In this document: one piece after another, positions 18,491 to 27,820 of the stretch
Numbering within the stretch: position 1 is the first letter of the stretch
Layout: every line of letters starts with the position of its first letter
NCBI GenBank assembly: GCA_964629685.1
Contig: CAZVTT010000001.1
Location: 705,319 to 769,318 of the forward strand
Length of the DNA stretch: 64,000 nt
Source: an uncultured Gammaproteobacteria bacterium
GTDB lineage: Bacteria; Patescibacteriota; Microgenomatia; UBA10105; UBA927
Reading direction: 5' to 3'
Program-made: the position numbers and the translations under genes
Notes under the pieces: model-generated
Databases searched by the model: none
Told to the model about the DNA's origin: nothing
The model's input: only the letters and a program-made list of their open reading frames with translations

Positions 18491-19552
18491 ATGAAAAACC
18501 AACAAAAACCACCGGTAGAAGCGTCCATGATCACCAAATTATTTTCCGTGGTGTGGGCTCAATTCGGATTAGTTTGGGATAAGGCCAGGGGTATAGTCGT
18601 GGTGCCACATTTGCCTGACAGAGTAGAAGGATATCAATTTGTCCGGAGAATTCAGCCGGAAAAATCCGGCCCGATTGCCGTCGGCGTCTACGTGAACAAC
18701 CGCGGTGAACAGATTGCCGTAAAAGTGTGGGAAGGGCGATATAAAACCCGGGCGTATTTCGAAACAATACACGAAATTATTACCGTGTGGACGTTAAACC
18801 AGGTGGCTAAACGCGTGCATTTACGGATTCCGGCCGCCATTCGCCATGTAAACGTACCGAACGTGGTGACGTTCGAAGTTGCACCCCAAAAATTATTACT
18901 GGCCACGGAATGGAGTCATGGTGATTTATTTAAGACCGCAACTCCACAACAGCAGATTTCGTTATACGAACAGTGCCGGCAGTATTTTACGGCCTTATCC
19001 GCACATATTACTCCGGCGGAGCGCCGGGTATTCGGAGATAAAACCCGGAATTATATTTTCTGGTTATATCCGGCAATAATTCTGACTGCCTGCTTCCGGC
19101 ATCCGGAACTGATTCCGCCTATTCTGGGCGGTGCCATGAATACATTAAACGGGTTTAGGTATTTGGCCTCGGAGTTGGAACAGGGACTGGTGCATGGTGA
19201 TTTACACGGAAATAACGTGTTGTGGAATCAAAAAGAAACGGTGATTGTCGATACGGCGAACGTGATGTGGAGTTATACCATAATAGAATATTTAGCGACG
19301 TTGGCCTCTCCGTTAACCCCGAAAGCCCTGGAGGAATATGTAGCCATGACCGTGCGGGACCAGGTAAATAAAACGGTAAAACAGCGGGTAGCCGGAAAAT
19401 TCATATCTGCATTTATCGGTATATTCGACCTGACCATCAGACTTACGCCGGCGCATATGAACGCAGCATTACGGTTGGTGCGGGGAGAGTATTTCCCGAA
19501 TACCGTCACGGCGTTGCCGACAGCATCGAAAGTAAAACAGGTACGGGTTTAA
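18491..19552 (+). CDS. Protein-kinase-fold phosphotransferase (APH/Kdo-kinase-like); a putative glycan or small-molecule kinase
   Basis: IAVKVWEG provides a VAIK-like lysine. HGDLHGNNVLW is a Brenner/HRD-like catalytic loop. IVDTANV is a DFG-equivalent. Confidence 0.5.
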   Translation: MKNQQKPPVEASMITKLFSVVWAQFGLVWDKARGIVVVPHLPDRVEGYQFVRRIQPEKSGPIAVGVYVNNRGEQIAVKVWEGRYKTRAYFETIHEIITVWTLNQVAKRVHLRIPAAIRHVNVPNVVTFEVAPQKLLLATEWSHGDLFKTATPQQQISLYEQCRQYFTALSAHITPAERRVFGDKTRNYIFWLYPAIILTACFRHPELIPPILGGAMNTLNGFRYLASELEQGLVHGDLHGNNVLWNQKETVIVDTANVMWSYTIIEYLATLASPLTPKALEEYVAMTVRDQVNKTVKQRVAGKFISAFIGIFDLTIRLTPAHMNAALRLVRGEYFPNTVTALPTASKVKQVRV

Positions 19553-19554
19553 CT

Positions 19555-20271
19555 ATGAACTTAAAACAAATACTATTCTCATCACCCCTATTTTCTTTAT
19601 TCGGGAAGGTGGTGCGTATGCTAAAGCCGAAATCATCCTTTCGGCTGGGTACAAAAACGACTATACCGTTAAGCACAAAATACGGATTGGATCGGGGTAC
19701 ACCGGTAAACCGATATTGGATAAAAAAAGCTATAGCGTTATGGAAATCCGATATCAGGGGAACGGTACTGGAAATAGGCGACCGCCGTTATACGTCCGAA
19801 TTTGGTGGGCAGGCAGTTAAGCGGTCGGATATCCTGGATATAGTAAAAACAAACTCGGCTGCCACTATTATCGGCGATCTGCGGAATGTAAAAAAACAAA
19901 TTAAGAACAATACCTACGACTGTATTATCCTGACGCACGTATTGGGGATGATAGATGATTATTCTGCGGCCATCCGGGAATGTCACCGGATACTTAAACC
20001 GGGTGGAGTATTGCTGGTTACCGTAGCCGCGTTTAGCCCGGTACTTGAACAGGCAAGCTCGTACTGGCGATTTACCGAGGCAGGTGCCAAATATGCATTC
20101 TCAGGTGTGTTTTCGAAAACAACAGTACAAAGTTACGGAAACGTATACAGCGGACAGGCATTTTGGGTGGGAATGTCGCAGGAAGAACTCACGCGGGAAG
20201 AGCTTGATTTTGACGATGAGCGGTATCCCTGTGTCATTGCCATTCGGGCGGTGAAGGAGGACAACGTATGA
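19555..20271 (+). CDS. Class I SAM-dependent methyltransferase
   Basis: VLEIGDRRYTSEFGG is a glycine-rich motif I. LKPGGVLLVTV is a post-motif II feature. Confidence 0.55.
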   Translation: MNLKQILFSSPLFSLFGKVVRMLKPKSSFRLGTKTTIPLSTKYGLDRGTPVNRYWIKKAIALWKSDIRGTVLEIGDRRYTSEFGGQAVKRSDILDIVKTNSAATIIGDLRNVKKQIKNNTYDCIILTHVLGMIDDYSAAIRECHRILKPGGVLLVTVAAFSPVLEQASSYWRFTEAGAKYAFSGVFSKTTVQSYGNVYSGQAFWVGMSQEELTREELDFDDERYPCVIAIRAVKEDNV

Positions 20272-21194
20272 AGGCGTCCTTAAAAACCGTGACGGTAATA
20301 ATTCCGGCGCATAATGAGGCCGGCCAATTAAAAGACTTGCTTGGGGAAATACTTCAGCAAAAGCTGGTAAGCGGTGTGCTGAAGAAAATAATCGTATATT
20401 CGGACGGCAGTACTGACGGGACGGTTGCAGTGGTGAAGGGCCTGAAGGATTCCCGTTTGGAACTCCTGGTAGGAAAAACACAAAAAGGCAGAGCCGTCAG
20501 ACAAACACAGATGATGCAGACATGTACGTCTGATATTCTGATATTGCTGGATGCCGATATTGTCCTTACGGACGTAAATACCCTGGAACACCTGATTAAG
20601 CCTATTAGCACCGGAAAGGCAGAGCTTACTGCTGCGGCTATCCGGAATTTACCCCCTCAGACCTGGATAGAAAAAACGCTTTCCGCCAGTATGGAGCTGA
20701 AACATGAAATTTTCGCGTCGTGGAAGCAGGGAATAAATATATACAGCTGCACCGGACCGGCCAGGGCTATGGCTAAAACGTTTTACCGCAGTCTGCGGTA
20801 TAGTCATAGTGACGGGGAAGATATGTATACGTATTTGTCCTGCGTGAGTAAGGGGTTTCGGTTTGTGCCGGTACCATCATCCGTCGTGTATTACCGTCTG
20901 CCCACTAATCTGGCGGATTACTTTAAGCAATCGAAACGGTTTATATTTGCTCCCCAATATCTGTACGCTGAATTCGGAGAACACGCCGTACGCCGCGAAT
21001 TTGCAATACCGATATTTCACTCCGTCATTTGTTGCCTGAAAGCGGCACCGGGTATGTGGCACAAGGTGGGATATGTGTTGTCATACGTACTGGTTTTAGT
21101 AAGCAGCAGAATATTGAGTACATTCCGACCGAAGGTATCGGAAACCTGGCAGGCAAGTTCAACCAAAACGGTACGGGCGGGAGGGGCGGTATGA
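20268..21194 (+). CDS. GT2-family glycosyltransferase
   Basis: VTVIIPAHNEAGQLKDLLGEILQQ...LLDADIVL. The start ATGA-overlaps the upstream stop. Confidence 0.55.
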   Translation: MKASLKTVTVIIPAHNEAGQLKDLLGEILQQKLVSGVLKKIIVYSDGSTDGTVAVVKGLKDSRLELLVGKTQKGRAVRQTQMMQTCTSDILILLDADIVLTDVNTLEHLIKPISTGKAELTAAAIRNLPPQTWIEKTLSASMELKHEIFASWKQGINIYSCTGPARAMAKTFYRSLRYSHSDGEDMYTYLSCVSKGFRFVPVPSSVVYYRLPTNLADYFKQSKRFIFAPQYLYAEFGEHAVRREFAIPIFHSVICCLKAAPGMWHKVGYVLSYVLVLVSSRILSTFRPKVSETWQASSTKTVRAGGAV

Positions 21195-22012
21195 ACTGGC
21201 GGAGGAGACAGGTACTGCTGGCGGTATTTCGGGTCGTACGGTCCGGTATTTATCGGAGTTTGGCAACCTGGGATAAAGTGTGGGGAAATCAGAACCCGCT
21301 GGCTATATATTGTTATCACAGTATCGGCGATGACTGGCGGTTTAGCGTGCGGCAGTCCGAATTAAAAAAACAGTTATTTTACCTGGCCGGGCAAGGTACA
21401 CCCGTAACGCTTTCAGACGTCGAAGCCTACCTGCAGGGACGCAAAGAACTACCCCGACCGGCATTTGCCATTACGTTTGATGACGGCTATGCCGATATAT
21501 TTGAAAGCAAACACCTCTTTCGGCGGTTGGGGATTCGGCCGACTGTTTTTGTATTAAGTGACCGTAAGGCCGCCAACAGAAATATACTGGCCACCGAAAA
21601 GCCGTTACTTGAACCGGTGCAGATTAAATCATTGCGGAAATCGGGTTGGTACATAGGTTCACACAGCGCCACGCACAGCGTACTCACGAATTTAAATAAA
21701 GACAGATTACGGCACGAAATAACCGATTCCAAGCGGAAATTACAACGGATGATAGGTGCACCGGTGCGGTTTTTTTCCTATCCCAAAGGGAAATATTCCA
21801 ATTCGGTGATAGAAACTGTCAACCGGGCGGGGTACACCATTGCCGTATCCATGGATGACGGATTAATAGGGCGGGATACTTCCCGGGTACACGTACCCAG
21901 AATAGGCGTTGATCAGACACACAGTTTTTCGGAGTTTACTACCCTGGCTTCACCGTCTGTGGTGGCGTTCCGGAATATGGTAAAGCGTTCTGCCTTCGGT
22001 AAATACGTATGA
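21191..22012 (+). CDS. Polysaccharide deacetylase (NodB homology domain, CE4)
   Basis: AITFDDGYADIFE and IGSHSATHSVLTNL give the TFDDG and H-x-x-x-H motifs. The start was set at the ATG at 21191, which ATGA-overlaps the upstream stop; the track ORF at 21029 would overlap the previous gene by 165 nt. Confidence 0.65.
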   Translation: MNWRRRQVLLAVFRVVRSGIYRSLATWDKVWGNQNPLAIYCYHSIGDDWRFSVRQSELKKQLFYLAGQGTPVTLSDVEAYLQGRKELPRPAFAITFDDGYADIFESKHLFRRLGIRPTVFVLSDRKAANRNILATEKPLLEPVQIKSLRKSGWYIGSHSATHSVLTNLNKDRLRHEITDSKRKLQRMIGAPVRFFSYPKGKYSNSVIETVNRAGYTIAVSMDDGLIGRDTSRVHVPRIGVDQTHSFSEFTTLASPSVVAFRNMVKRSAFGKYV

Positions 22013-23196
22013 AACAAAAACAGATACATGCCGTTGTGAAATATTTTTATCCGGTGGCAGCCGGTATAGAAACAAACATGCTGGAAACGTACAGCGTGTT
22101 GGTACAACGCGGCTGGAACGTAACCGTACACACGTCTACGAACACCCTTACGGAAGAGAACATATTACCGTCAGCGGAAGAGGTTCGCGGTATCCAAGTA
22201 CAAAGGTATCGGTACAACTGGTGGAGTTTCTGGCCGCAGTTACCCTGGGATAGTGCGGATGTGATCGCTCTGCACAATTTTAATGTTATTCCCCACGGGT
22301 TTTTATTATTCTATGCCTGGTGGCGGAAGATTACCGGTAAACGCGTACCCGTGATGATTCTTACTCCACACGGCGGGTATACCCCTGACTGGTTAATATT
22401 CCATCCGGTAGTGGCTTGGGCAAAGCGAATGTATCACGCGACGGTGGGTCTCTGGTTGATCAGGATGGCCTTAAATGGTATCCGGGCTGTGTCTGAGTGG
22501 GAACGGTTGGAAATAGCCGGTATGGGCGTTCGTACGGCCTTAATCCGGGTAATTGCCAATGGGATAGAAGACGAAGCCTACGGAAATGTAGATCACGAGG
22601 CCGGTGATCGGATTAAAAAACGAGTGAAAGGGTTCGGGAAATACCTGATTCAGATAGGCAGAATTTACGATATAAAAAATTACGAAACGGTATTGCAGGC
22701 GTTAACACAAATGCCTGCGGATATTAACTTTGTAATTGTCGGGCCGGTGGGAAGTAATGAGTATTTAGCATCGCTCAAACGGTTGATTGCGGATCTGCAT
22801 CTGGAAAATAGAGTGTTTTTTGCCGGCGTCGTGCGCGGCTATGATAAATACTACCTCATCAAACACGCTGCCATGATGGTCCATATGGCACGTTGGGAAA
22901 GTTTCTGTAATGCCGTACATGAAGGCATGAGTCAGGCTCGTGTGTGTATCGTGGCAGATAATACGGCGCTGAGATTTTTGGTGGAAGACGGGATAAACGG
23001 GTATCGGGTTCCGACTACAGACAGTACGGCATTGGCAAATAAAGTGCTGTATGTACTGGATAAAAAACATGCAGCAGAAATAACCAAAATTACGGCTACG
23101 GCTAAGAAATTTGCTCTGGCACACTCCTGGAAAAACGTGGCCATAACTATCGAATCCTGGTTAATTGATTTACTGTCGGAAAAGGAGCGGAAATGA
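22009..23196 (+). CDS. GT4-family glycosyltransferase
   Basis: 395 aa. The N-terminus HAVVKYFYPVAAGIETNMLETYSVLVQRGWNVTVHT is GT-B-like. A C-terminal GT4-like region is present. The start ATGA-overlaps the upstream stop. Confidence 0.5.
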   Translation: MKQKQIHAVVKYFYPVAAGIETNMLETYSVLVQRGWNVTVHTSTNTLTEENILPSAEEVRGIQVQRYRYNWWSFWPQLPWDSADVIALHNFNVIPHGFLLFYAWWRKITGKRVPVMILTPHGGYTPDWLIFHPVVAWAKRMYHATVGLWLIRMALNGIRAVSEWERLEIAGMGVRTALIRVIANGIEDEAYGNVDHEAGDRIKKRVKGFGKYLIQIGRIYDIKNYETVLQALTQMPADINFVIVGPVGSNEYLASLKRLIADLHLENRVFFAGVVRGYDKYYLIKHAAMMVHMARWESFCNAVHEGMSQARVCIVADNTALRFLVEDGINGYRVPTTDSTALANKVLYVLDKKHAAEITKITATAKKFALAHSWKNVAITIESWLIDLLSEKERK

Positions 23197-24089
23197 AATT
23201 AACGCGGACCATTACCATAGGGATTCCGGCATACAACGAATCAGCCAATATTGTAAAACTGATTGAGGCAGTACAGGCTCAAAAGTTGTCCGGCTTCAGC
23301 ATAAAAGAAATATTGGTCATTTCGGATGCTTCAGAAGATAATACGGATTCACTGGTCCGGTCGGTGCATGATTCCCGGGTCAAATTGTTCCGGAATCGTA
23401 CCAGGCAGGGGCAATCATTGTCGCAAAATATACTGTTAAAAAAGGCTACCGGTGACGTACTGGTATTACTGAATGCCGATACGCTTCCTGCAAATCCGTA
23501 TGCAGTTCAAAAACTGGCCGAAACGATCATGGATGGCGCGGATTACGCTATTGCCCGGGCTTGGCCGGTAGCGGCACGTACCTGGTTTGAACGGGTCATT
23601 AATTACAGTGTGTATTTGCGGACGGCCATTTTCGAACGGTTTCCAAATTATGACACCATTTATTTGTGTGGCGGCCGGGGCAGGGCTATGAGTCAGCGGC
23701 TGTACCGTAAGTTCCGCTGGAAGAAAGTGTTTACGGAAGACGTTTTCGCGTTTCTTTACTGCAAAAAATACGGGTTTAAAACCCAATATCAGCCGAAATC
23801 GGTCATTCTTTTCCGATCGCCAATAGACTGGCATGATCACAGCAAGCAAAGTCGTCGTTTCCGAGCCGGGCCGGAAGAACTGTTTCCGTATTTTGGCGAA
23901 GAAACGGTGCGTCAGTCATTTAAACTCCCGCTATCCGTAGCCGTGCCACCTATCCTTTTTTACCTGTTGCGGCACCCGTTGTGGTCTTTGGCTTACCTAA
24001 GCGTCTATCTGTTTACTAAATTGGCAGCTCCCCCACAAGCTACCGCCACGTGGTCGGTGTCTACGTCATCGAAGGGGCTAACATCATGA
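23193..24089 (+). CDS. GT2-family glycosyltransferase
   Basis: ITIGIPAYNESANIVKLIEAVQAQ...VLLNADT. Confidence 0.55.
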   Translation: MKLTRTITIGIPAYNESANIVKLIEAVQAQKLSGFSIKEILVISDASEDNTDSLVRSVHDSRVKLFRNRTRQGQSLSQNILLKKATGDVLVLLNADTLPANPYAVQKLAETIMDGADYAIARAWPVAARTWFERVINYSVYLRTAIFERFPNYDTIYLCGGRGRAMSQRLYRKFRWKKVFTEDVFAFLYCKKYGFKTQYQPKSVILFRSPIDWHDHSKQSRRFRAGPEELFPYFGEETVRQSFKLPLSVAVPPILFYLLRHPLWSLAYLSVYLFTKLAAPPQATATWSVSTSSKGLTS

Positions 24090-25303
24090 AAGCACCCTTT
24101 GTATTTATTCCGAATGTAACTACTCCTACAAACCTGGGTGATGCTGCAATGTACAAAAGTCTCCGGGAGTTGATTAGACGGGCTTTTCCGCAGGCCAGGG
24201 TGGCAATCGGTACCGGCGATCCGCAATTGCAGACTGATACTACGGTCAAAAAGCAGTTAAGTGTGTTCGATTGGATGATTATGGACAGGCGTGATCCGAT
24301 TACCCGGATAATTCGGATGCTCTGGGTAAGCCTGTACTATGTAAGCTATGTTTGGCGAATGCCGTGGTTACGGCAGAATAAAGCCTTAAGTGATTTGCTG
24401 GTCTCGTATGAACAGGCAGATCTGGTTGTTACCGTTGGATGCGGGTTTCTACGCGCCAGACCGGGAATATCACAGGCGATTAATCTGTTTTTGGTTTTAT
24501 TCCTATTTCGCTTTGCCAAAGTACTGAAAAAGCAGGTAATTGTATCTCCGTTGAGTTTCGGCCCCTTTGCCTACGAGTGGGAAGCCAGGATGTGCGCACA
24601 GGTATTAGACGGATTTACCGTGGTAGGCGCCCGCGAAGAATATTCGTATATGGCCATGCAGAAATATGGAGTAAAAAATGTGGTTTTATCCTGTGACCAG
24701 GCGCTGCTATTGCCAAAACGCAAAGGGAATCAGTCTAAGCGTCCGGTGGTGGGGTTTGTGATCCGTCCGTGGCTACCTTTGGAAGGTCAGAATAGTCTGG
24801 AAAAGGCTTATGCTCTTGCACTCTTTTCACTGCAGCAAAAAACGGATGTTGAATTGTTACCGATTGTGCAGGTGCAGGCTCCGTACGCTCAAAAAGAAGA
24901 TGATTCCGTGGCTTTGGCTCGGGTTGTTAGCACTCTTGATATGCTAGGTGCTAGAGTGCGGAAGCCCATAATTTTACGTGATATTTCACACGCGGAAAAG
25001 ACATACGGAGCAACCGTGTTAGTTTTGGGTATGAGGATGCATGCAAACATAATTTCTGCCACTCAATACGTGCCGTTTGTGGCAATTGCCTATGAATATA
25101 AAACACAGGGCATAGCCGGGACGTTAGGGATGAACGATTTTGTGTTACCGTGTGAAGATGTAACTCCGGAAGTACTGAGCGGATTATTGGAACGGGCATT
25201 CAGACAACGGACGGCGTTACGGACCAGGATAAAAAGCCGGGTACTGACACTGCAGCGAACGGAAACGGAGAAATGGGTGCGAATTCTGAGGGCTGCCTTA
25301 TGA
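24086..25303 (+). CDS. Polysaccharide pyruvyl transferase (CsaB/WcaK-like)
   Basis: MKAPFVFIPNVTTPTNLGDAAMYKSL, with its N-x-GD-A motif, is typical of the PS_pyruv_trans family. The start at 24086 is preceded by GAAGGGG and ATGA-overlaps the upstream stop. Confidence 0.5.
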   Translation: MKAPFVFIPNVTTPTNLGDAAMYKSLRELIRRAFPQARVAIGTGDPQLQTDTTVKKQLSVFDWMIMDRRDPITRIIRMLWVSLYYVSYVWRMPWLRQNKALSDLLVSYEQADLVVTVGCGFLRARPGISQAINLFLVLFLFRFAKVLKKQVIVSPLSFGPFAYEWEARMCAQVLDGFTVVGAREEYSYMAMQKYGVKNVVLSCDQALLLPKRKGNQSKRPVVGFVIRPWLPLEGQNSLEKAYALALFSLQQKTDVELLPIVQVQAPYAQKEDDSVALARVVSTLDMLGARVRKPIILRDISHAEKTYGATVLVLGMRMHANIISATQYVPFVAIAYEYKTQGIAGTLGMNDFVLPCEDVTPEVLSGLLERAFRQRTALRTRIKSRVLTLQRTETEKWVRILRAAL

Positions 25304-26199
25304 CCACACCACATCCAAGCATAACCATCGGTATACCCACTGTTTTGGCTGGTAAGCATTTGGTTCGGACGGTGGCGTCCATTTTCGAACAAACGATCCC
25401 GGTGAGTGCCGCGAGCGTAAAGATAATGTTGGACGGACAACCTATGCCGGTAAGTACGCTGAGAGCCCTTTCTCCGGAAATCAGAGTCAGAAAAACAGCT
25501 TCCCGTCAGGGACAATCCGCTAAATTAGATGATTTATTGGCGACCTCCCGGAGTGAATTGATTATTTCTACCAATGACGATGTGGTGTGGGCTCAAAATG
25601 CGCTGGAGCGGATTTATGCTGTGAGGCAATCCTCCCGGGCGGATTTAATCTGTGTCGGCGTGCGTCCGCTTCCTGCGCATACGGTTATGGAGAAGATACT
25701 ATCTGTCGGTACGGATATAAAAAATGAGGTCATACGCCGAACGCCGGGTCAGCAAACGTACCTGGTGTGTAACGGTAGATTGCTTGCGGTTTCCGCAAAG
25801 TTAGCTTCAAAAATGCGGGTTCCGTATAACATTTGGAACAATGACGCATTTATGTATTTGTTTGCCAAGCGAAACGGGTTTACCGTGGCGTATATAGACG
25901 AACCACTTTGTGCGTTCCGTGATCCTGCAACGCTTAAGGAGTATATCTTACAGACACTGAAATTTCAGCAATCCCGAAAGGAAAATGAGGCTGTTTTTGG
26001 TCCGCTGGGTAGCGAATATAGTATACCCATGAAGGTCAGAATACCGGCAATATTTGCCGTATTACGGAAGCGCCCGTGGTGGGGGAGCATTTATTTGGTT
26101 TTGTATCTTATTACCCGCTTGGTAGCAGTAGTGGTACCGCTTCCACAAAAACACAAACCATACTGGCCTATAGACATGAGTACGAAAGAGTTGGATTAG
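25300..26199 (+). CDS. GT2-like glycosyltransferase
   Basis: SITIGIPTVLAGKHLVRTVASIFEQT...ISTNDDVV. The start at 25300 ATGA-overlaps the upstream stop. Confidence 0.45.
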   Translation: MTTPHPSITIGIPTVLAGKHLVRTVASIFEQTIPVSAASVKIMLDGQPMPVSTLRALSPEIRVRKTASRQGQSAKLDDLLATSRSELIISTNDDVVWAQNALERIYAVRQSSRADLICVGVRPLPAHTVMEKILSVGTDIKNEVIRRTPGQQTYLVCNGRLLAVSAKLASKMRVPYNIWNNDAFMYLFAKRNGFTVAYIDEPLCAFRDPATLKEYILQTLKFQQSRKENEAVFGPLGSEYSIPMKVRIPAIFAVLRKRPWWGSIYLVLYLITRLVAVVVPLPQKHKPYWPIDMSTKELD

Positions 26200-26287
26200 G
26201 CGCTTTTTTTAAAGGTCATAATAATACCTCAGGATCTGAGGGTAGTAATTTGAGGAAAATTTAGCTATAATAATAGTCTTATAGAAT

Positions 26288-27820
26288 ATGAAAATAGGTC
26301 TATTTGGTCCGACCGCAAACGGAGGACAACATCGAAAAGGTAGTCGTCTGCGCTTCGGTGAAATCCTTACCATTAACCATCTACTTGGTGGCGTGTTTGT
26401 GCTGCTGCTCCTTTTGCTGAAAGGAACGTTCGGTTCCGGATTACAGCAGGCTACTACGCTTTCCACACCAGGAAATGCTTTTGAATCATCCATCGTGCGG
26501 GGCAGGTATGCGTTAACGCTCAGTCTGGCAGAAAACGGTGCGTTTACGTTTTCCCGGCCTATCGCTGAATTTGCCGCCCCGGATGTAGCGTATCTCGGGC
26601 AAGGTAAATTTGCTTCCATGTTCCCTCCGGGAATAGGCGTGCTGGCAGTTCCGTTTTATGTGGTGGGCAGAATGGCCAATGCCGGACAGTTAGTGACCAT
26701 GTCTCTGCCCTTACTGCTTACGGTTTTAAACGTATTTTTGCTTTTCCGGGTATGCCGCGCTTTTGGATTTGATCAGGCGGTGAGTGCTCTCACCGGGTTA
26801 ATCGTTACCCTGGGGACGGCGGTTTTGCCGTACAGTACGCAGTTGGTACAGCACCAGGTGGCTCTGGCCGTAGTGTTGGGGATGATGCGGGTAAGTTTAC
26901 TGCCGCAAACCATTCGCCGCAGAATATTGTTGTGGGGTATAGCATCCGCATCCGTGGTGTTTGACTGGCCTAATGCAGTGCTGGTGCTGCCGTTTTTGCT
27001 GTTGGATATACGAAATATGGTGGTAAGGCACGGAAAATTCAGCCTGCAGACAATGCTGCGGGATATACTTTTTCTGTTTTCTGCCGTCGGTGTCCCACTC
27101 ACCGGATTTGCCATATATAACTCTATTGCTAACGGAAATCCGTTTCAGATCGGTCAGTTTGCTCCATCCGTAACCCAGTTCCCAAATCCTTTTTCCTGGT
27201 TGTGGGCTCTACTATTTAGCCACATCGGCGCAGCGTTTCAGTTTACCAGGATTCCTTTCGGGTTGTGGGTACTGGGTGGGAGTACGGAACGGGGAGTATT
27301 ATTTTTTGCTCCCGTTATGTTGCTTTCGTTGCTTGGTATTATGTCGCTCTGGAGAAAATACCCGATCGTTGTAACTGCGCAGATAACCAGCATCGCTTTA
27401 ACATTGGGTTTGTATAGTTCTTTCGGTGACGTCTGGGGCGGGGCTGCATTCGGACCACGGTACCTCATTCCGGTTTTCGGCCTGGCTGCTCCTTTTTTGG
27501 CTAGTGCGCTGCACACCTGGCGGAAAACCCGTTGGTTTACAGGGATACTAAGCGTTACGTTGCTTTGGAGTGTCGGCATAAACATGCTGGGTGCTGTAAC
27601 GACGGTACTGCTACCTGGTGCGGAAGATTTGGCCACCGGCGGTTTGGGATCTACGCTTTTACCCGCCTGGGAAGTTCTGGCTACCGGACAGATGGGTTCT
27701 TTTCTGTATCGTCTCGGGTTACAGTATATAGTGCCGGGTATTGGATTCTACGGTTTTATGCTGGTACTCGCGTTGGGACTAATAGTACCTGTTTGGTTGG
27801 CTGTTTTTACCGATAAATGA
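26288..27820 (+). CDS. Polytopic GT-C-type membrane glycosyltransferase (PMT_2/ArnT-like); paralog of the next gene
   Basis: About 12 TM segments. The first loop reads RGRYALTLSLAENGAFTF...FPPGIGVLAVPFYVVG. It is clearly homologous to the 27817 product. Confidence 0.45.
   Translation: MKIGLFGPTANGGQHRKGSRLRFGEILTINHLLGGVFVLLLLLLKGTFGSGLQQATTLSTPGNAFESSIVRGRYALTLSLAENGAFTFSRPIAEFAAPDVAYLGQGKFASMFPPGIGVLAVPFYVVGRMANAGQLVTMSLPLLLTVLNVFLLFRVCRAFGFDQAVSALTGLIVTLGTAVLPYSTQLVQHQVALAVVLGMMRVSLLPQTIRRRILLWGIASASVVFDWPNAVLVLPFLLLDIRNMVVRHGKFSLQTMLRDILFLFSAVGVPLTGFAIYNSIANGNPFQIGQFAPSVTQFPNPFSWLWALLFSHIGAAFQFTRIPFGLWVLGGSTERGVLFFAPVMLLSLLGIMSLWRKYPIVVTAQITSIALTLGLYSSFGDVWGGAAFGPRYLIPVFGLAAPFLASALHTWRKTRWFTGILSVTLLWSVGINMLGAVTTVLLPGAEDLATGGLGSTLLPAWEVLATGQMGSFLYRLGLQYIVPGIGFYGFMLVLALGLIVPVWLAVFTDK

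Noticed and set aside
21029-21190. 5' extensions of track ORFs. Examples are the 5' extension of the deacetylase ORF (21029) and 38709, 24050, 25273, 34231, 35005, 48479, 57741, 3767 and 11413.
   Set aside because: They overlap the upstream gene by tens to 165 nt. Internal ATGs give ATGA junctions or RBS-supported starts, and the conserved N-terminal motifs begin there.
26200-26287. A T7 run (GCGCTTTTTTT) after the 25300 gene stop, as a possible intrinsic terminator
   Set aside because: No convincing GC-rich stem precedes the T-run. A nearby short hairpin (CCTCAG/CTGAGG, about 26230-26246) has no U-tract.
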